From assembly GCA_001179505.1 (NCBI GenBank), contig CDMY01000576.1, positions 1-48,636 of the forward strand: 48,636 nucleotides of DNA, read 5' to 3'. Each line of letters begins with the position of its first letter. Position 1 is the stretch's first letter. A program made the position numbers and the translations under genes. This DNA comes from Vitrella brassicaformis CCMP3155 (Eukaryota > Protista > Chromerida). This document shows, piece by piece, positions 45,720 through 48,636 of this stretch. The notes below the pieces were generated by a model that was not told the DNA's origin, did no database searches, and was given only the letters and a program-made list of their open reading frames with translations.

Positions 45720-46560
45720 GAAGCCCAACCATTTCAATGTATGTATCTACACACCACACGGTACGTACACGCACTTGAACACACGCAGCAATCCATCAAC
45801 ACACCAAGGCGTGACCTGACAGACAGGCAGGCAGGCAGGCATCACAGCCGCCTAGAAACTCTGTTGACACAGTGGGAGCAGTGGTCCCCTCATCCGTCAA
45901 TCAAGAAAAATCGAAAGACAAGTAGCGAAGGAAAGCGGCAGGAAGTCAGCGAGAGGGAAAGATGGATGGATGGATACCGGTGACAGACATATCGGGCCAG
46001 CCAGAGGGAGAGAGAGAAGACACACTTGCGTTGGCTGGCTCCATGACGGAGAAAAATCACAAACGAGTGGGCTGAGCGTTATGTGGTGTGATATAGAGTA
46101 TACATTTGCAGAGACAGACACGCAGAGAGACTAAACGCTAATTTGCCTAGGTACATTGGGCGGCCCCGATCTGATCTGTGTTGCCGTGACAGAGAACTTG
46201 TGTATGCATATATCTACAAAATGCCGAGATGGTCATCATGATGAAACCCTCACAAGACAAGCGCTCTCGCTCTCGCTCTCTCTCGTTCGCTCGCTGCATT
46301 TGCCGACCACGCCAGAGCACAGCACAGATGGGACGGGGAGGGGTGGGTCAGGCTGGCTGGCTGCCCCGAGTAAGTCGAGCCGAGCAGGAGACAGAGAGAG
46401 AAAGTGGCGTCAGCTAGTGTGTGCCTATGTGTATCTACAAGATGAGACAGAAGAGAGACGAGATGGCGGGTTGCCTGCCCTCAGCTAGTCACCCCCTCTC
46501 CCCCTCTCGCCCCTCCCCCCCTCTCTGTCCCTCACAAGGGTAAGCCACCCATTCACTCAC

Positions 46561-48369
46561 TCACGTGAGGGTCAGCTCATTGCCCTCTCTCTTGCCCTCC
46601 CTGGCAGCGCCGGCATCCTCCCTCACCCCATGGTGCGTGTGGGTGTCCTTCCCGCCCTCCTGCCCCGCCGCCGCCGCCGCCACCGGCGGCCCACCTCGCC
46701 TGCCGCCCGCGATGACCGATGCGGGTGTGTCGCTCACGTCAACCACATCGCCAAACCCGCGAGTAAGCGGTGCTGCCGCTGGCTGCTGCTGCCGGCTGTC
46801 GGGCTGCTGTTCAGACGGCTGGGCGGGCGGTGGCTGCTGCTCCTCGTGTTCGTGTTCATGTGCAGCGGCTTCCTCCACCACCTCCTCGAGCAGTGTGTGG
46901 TTGGGGTCTTTCGGCGCATTGGCGATGCTGGAGAGGATGGCCGCATAGATAATCTCGATTGAGTCCACCCTGACCACACAAGACGCAGACAGAGGGACTG
47001 GCGCGTTGGTGAATCTGGTCTGCCTATCTCCCTCACTGGTACTCACCAGAGTAGCCTGTGTCTGACGGGTACGATGGTGTAAGTCAGAATGCCGACGAGC
47101 GGCCAGAGCTTCAAGCCCGCCTTCAGCAGCGTCCACCACTTCTTGGCCTGCACCAGCAGCAGTCAACGCAAGACACGCCGCTTGACGTCTTGCCAAGCAA
47201 CCAAGCGCTTTCCCACTGTTTGCTTACGTAGTCGTCCCACGCCTGCTTGAACGTCTTGCCGTTCATCGCCTCAAGCAACACGAAGTACACCGTGTTGTAG
47301 AACGGCACATACGCCAGCCTGTGCGGTGCGACCACCACACACACAGACCCAAGACACACACACCAATGAAGGCAATCGACACTCTCATTCATATGAGCCG
47401 TCTGTCATGCTCACTCACTGGTCGAACAGCAGCTTTACTGGCCATGGGAGCGGCCAATCGCCGTTCCAGTCGTAGTAGAAATGCGCCAGCGGCCCGAGGA
47501 CCACAAATCCCAGCAACGTATTCCGCAGAATACGCCACCTGCACACACAGCACTCTACCTCATGGGTGCCCGAGACGCGGCGCATCCAATGCTTTCGGTT
47601 GTCCACCTGACCTGTCGACGAGCAGTGGGTCCCTCCCCGCGTCCGTGTTCTCGACCCACTGGGCGATCCAGTCACCGATAAAGTACGTGGCGCCAGTGAG
47701 GACGCTCTTGGTGAGGATCGGCTCTCTGGCCAGGGCGGCCTCGTATGCATTCCAGTTGGCCAGGGGGAGCCGATACAGCACCTCCTCGAAAGACCACCCT
47801 CTCCAGATGTCAGAGTCAACCGTCGAAAACTGATACACCATCGATCCACCATCCATCCATGTGTGTCTGCGCCTGTCTGTCTGGCTCATGCGTGTGTCGC
47901 ACCGCACCCACCTGTAGGAAGATGTAGGCGGCGACCGCAGCGAGAACCGCGACGTTTTGCGTCTGGTGTTGCGATGATGCATCCGACACACACCAGATCG
48001 AAACAAACTTGTCTTCTTCCCCGTGTCTTTCCCACCCACCTGTGCAGTGCGCGTCTGTGCGAGGCTCGACACGCCCTCGTCCATGGCACTCATAACCACC
48101 TTGGTCACGCTTTCCTTGACCGTCCTTACCACCGGACGTAGCTCCTCCTCAACAGCATGCTCCACCTCCTCTATTGTCGGAATGTGCGGCTCTTCGGCAG
48201 CAGGCTTGCGCGGCTCCTCCAGTGGCCCTTCCGACATGGCCATCGCTGGTTTGCTGCCCCGCCGCCGCCATAGCGTGTTTGTCCGCGTGAGTGGCTGCAC
48301 GAGGCCTGGAGTGAAAGCAGAAGCTGTGCTGGCGCCATGGAGCAGCAGAACCAGGGGAAACAACGCCAT
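46561..48369 (-). CDS. Mpv17/PMP22-family membrane protein with a predicted bipartite plastid-targeting presequence
   Basis: NWNAYEAALAREPILTKSVLTGATYFIGDWIAQ; RILRNTLLGFVVLGPLAHFYY; VKLLFDQ; PFYNTVYF; LLKAGLKLWPLVGILTYTIVPVRHRLLWVDSIEIIYAAILSSIAN. N-terminus MALFPLVLLLHGASTASA-FTPG followed by an Arg/Thr-rich, acid-free stretch. Confidence 0.9.
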
Positions 48370-48636
48370 TCTTCGGGCAGCTGCTAAGGAGTGCCTCTCG
48401 CCCGTCCAAGCCGTCCAAGCAGGAGTGCCTCACGACAAGTACCAAGCAGACGCCGTCGCAGATGGCGTCAGTACCTGCTGTAGTTAGTACTTCATGCCAC
48501 AGCCCAGCACCAGATTGTCTTGCAGCAGCAGCGGTTTCAGGGAGCACCCTAGGTGGCCTGACGGCCAAGTCCCCTGTGGGTCTGTCCAACATGAAACAGG
48601 CACCCTAACATGCAACCCGGACACGAAACACGCAGC

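Noticed and set aside
48447-48467. Short hairpin gacgccgtc-gca-gatggcgtc
   Set aside because: A 9-bp stem with a wobble pair is expected by chance at this GC content, and there is no supporting context

Overview
Intron-dense, GC-rich eukaryotic DNA, not prokaryotic. By inference it is a chromerid-type alveolate such as Vitrella: short GT-AG introns full of CA/GT repeats, an ASAF-type bipartite plastid-targeting presequence, and F-box/LRR-style proteins. Gene models were built by hand by joining exons at GT/AG sites and checking reading phase. In order, the window holds: the 3' end of a restriction-like-endonuclease non-LTR retrotransposon; a long coiled-coil/low-complexity gene; a small secreted protein with two 6-Cys modules, head-to-head with a RING-CH membrane protein; a partial membrane protein; a SETD3/Rubisco-LSMT-like SET methyltransferase, head-to-head with an Obg GTPase present in three gap-separated copies with a LINE 3' end between copies 1 and 2; a micro-exon-rich Lys/Thr-rich gene followed by a ubiquitin-like domain; an acyl-CoA-binding protein; a small hypothetical gene; a CK1-like pseudokinase fused to an F-box-like/LRR-like region; a small predicted myristoylated protein; a three-repeat MYB factor; a PHD-chromo-chromo-SNF2 (CHD-type) remodeler; and a predicted plastid-targeted Mpv17/PMP22 protein. 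There are four 300-N placeholder gaps. I found no rRNA, tRNA or CRISPR array. The most interesting signals are the pseudokinase-F-box fusion, the recurring 5'-(CA)n / 3'-(GT)n self-complementary intron architecture, the secreted Cys-rich protein and decayed tandem ubiquitin-like repeats. No database searches were run, so all family calls come from motif recognition.
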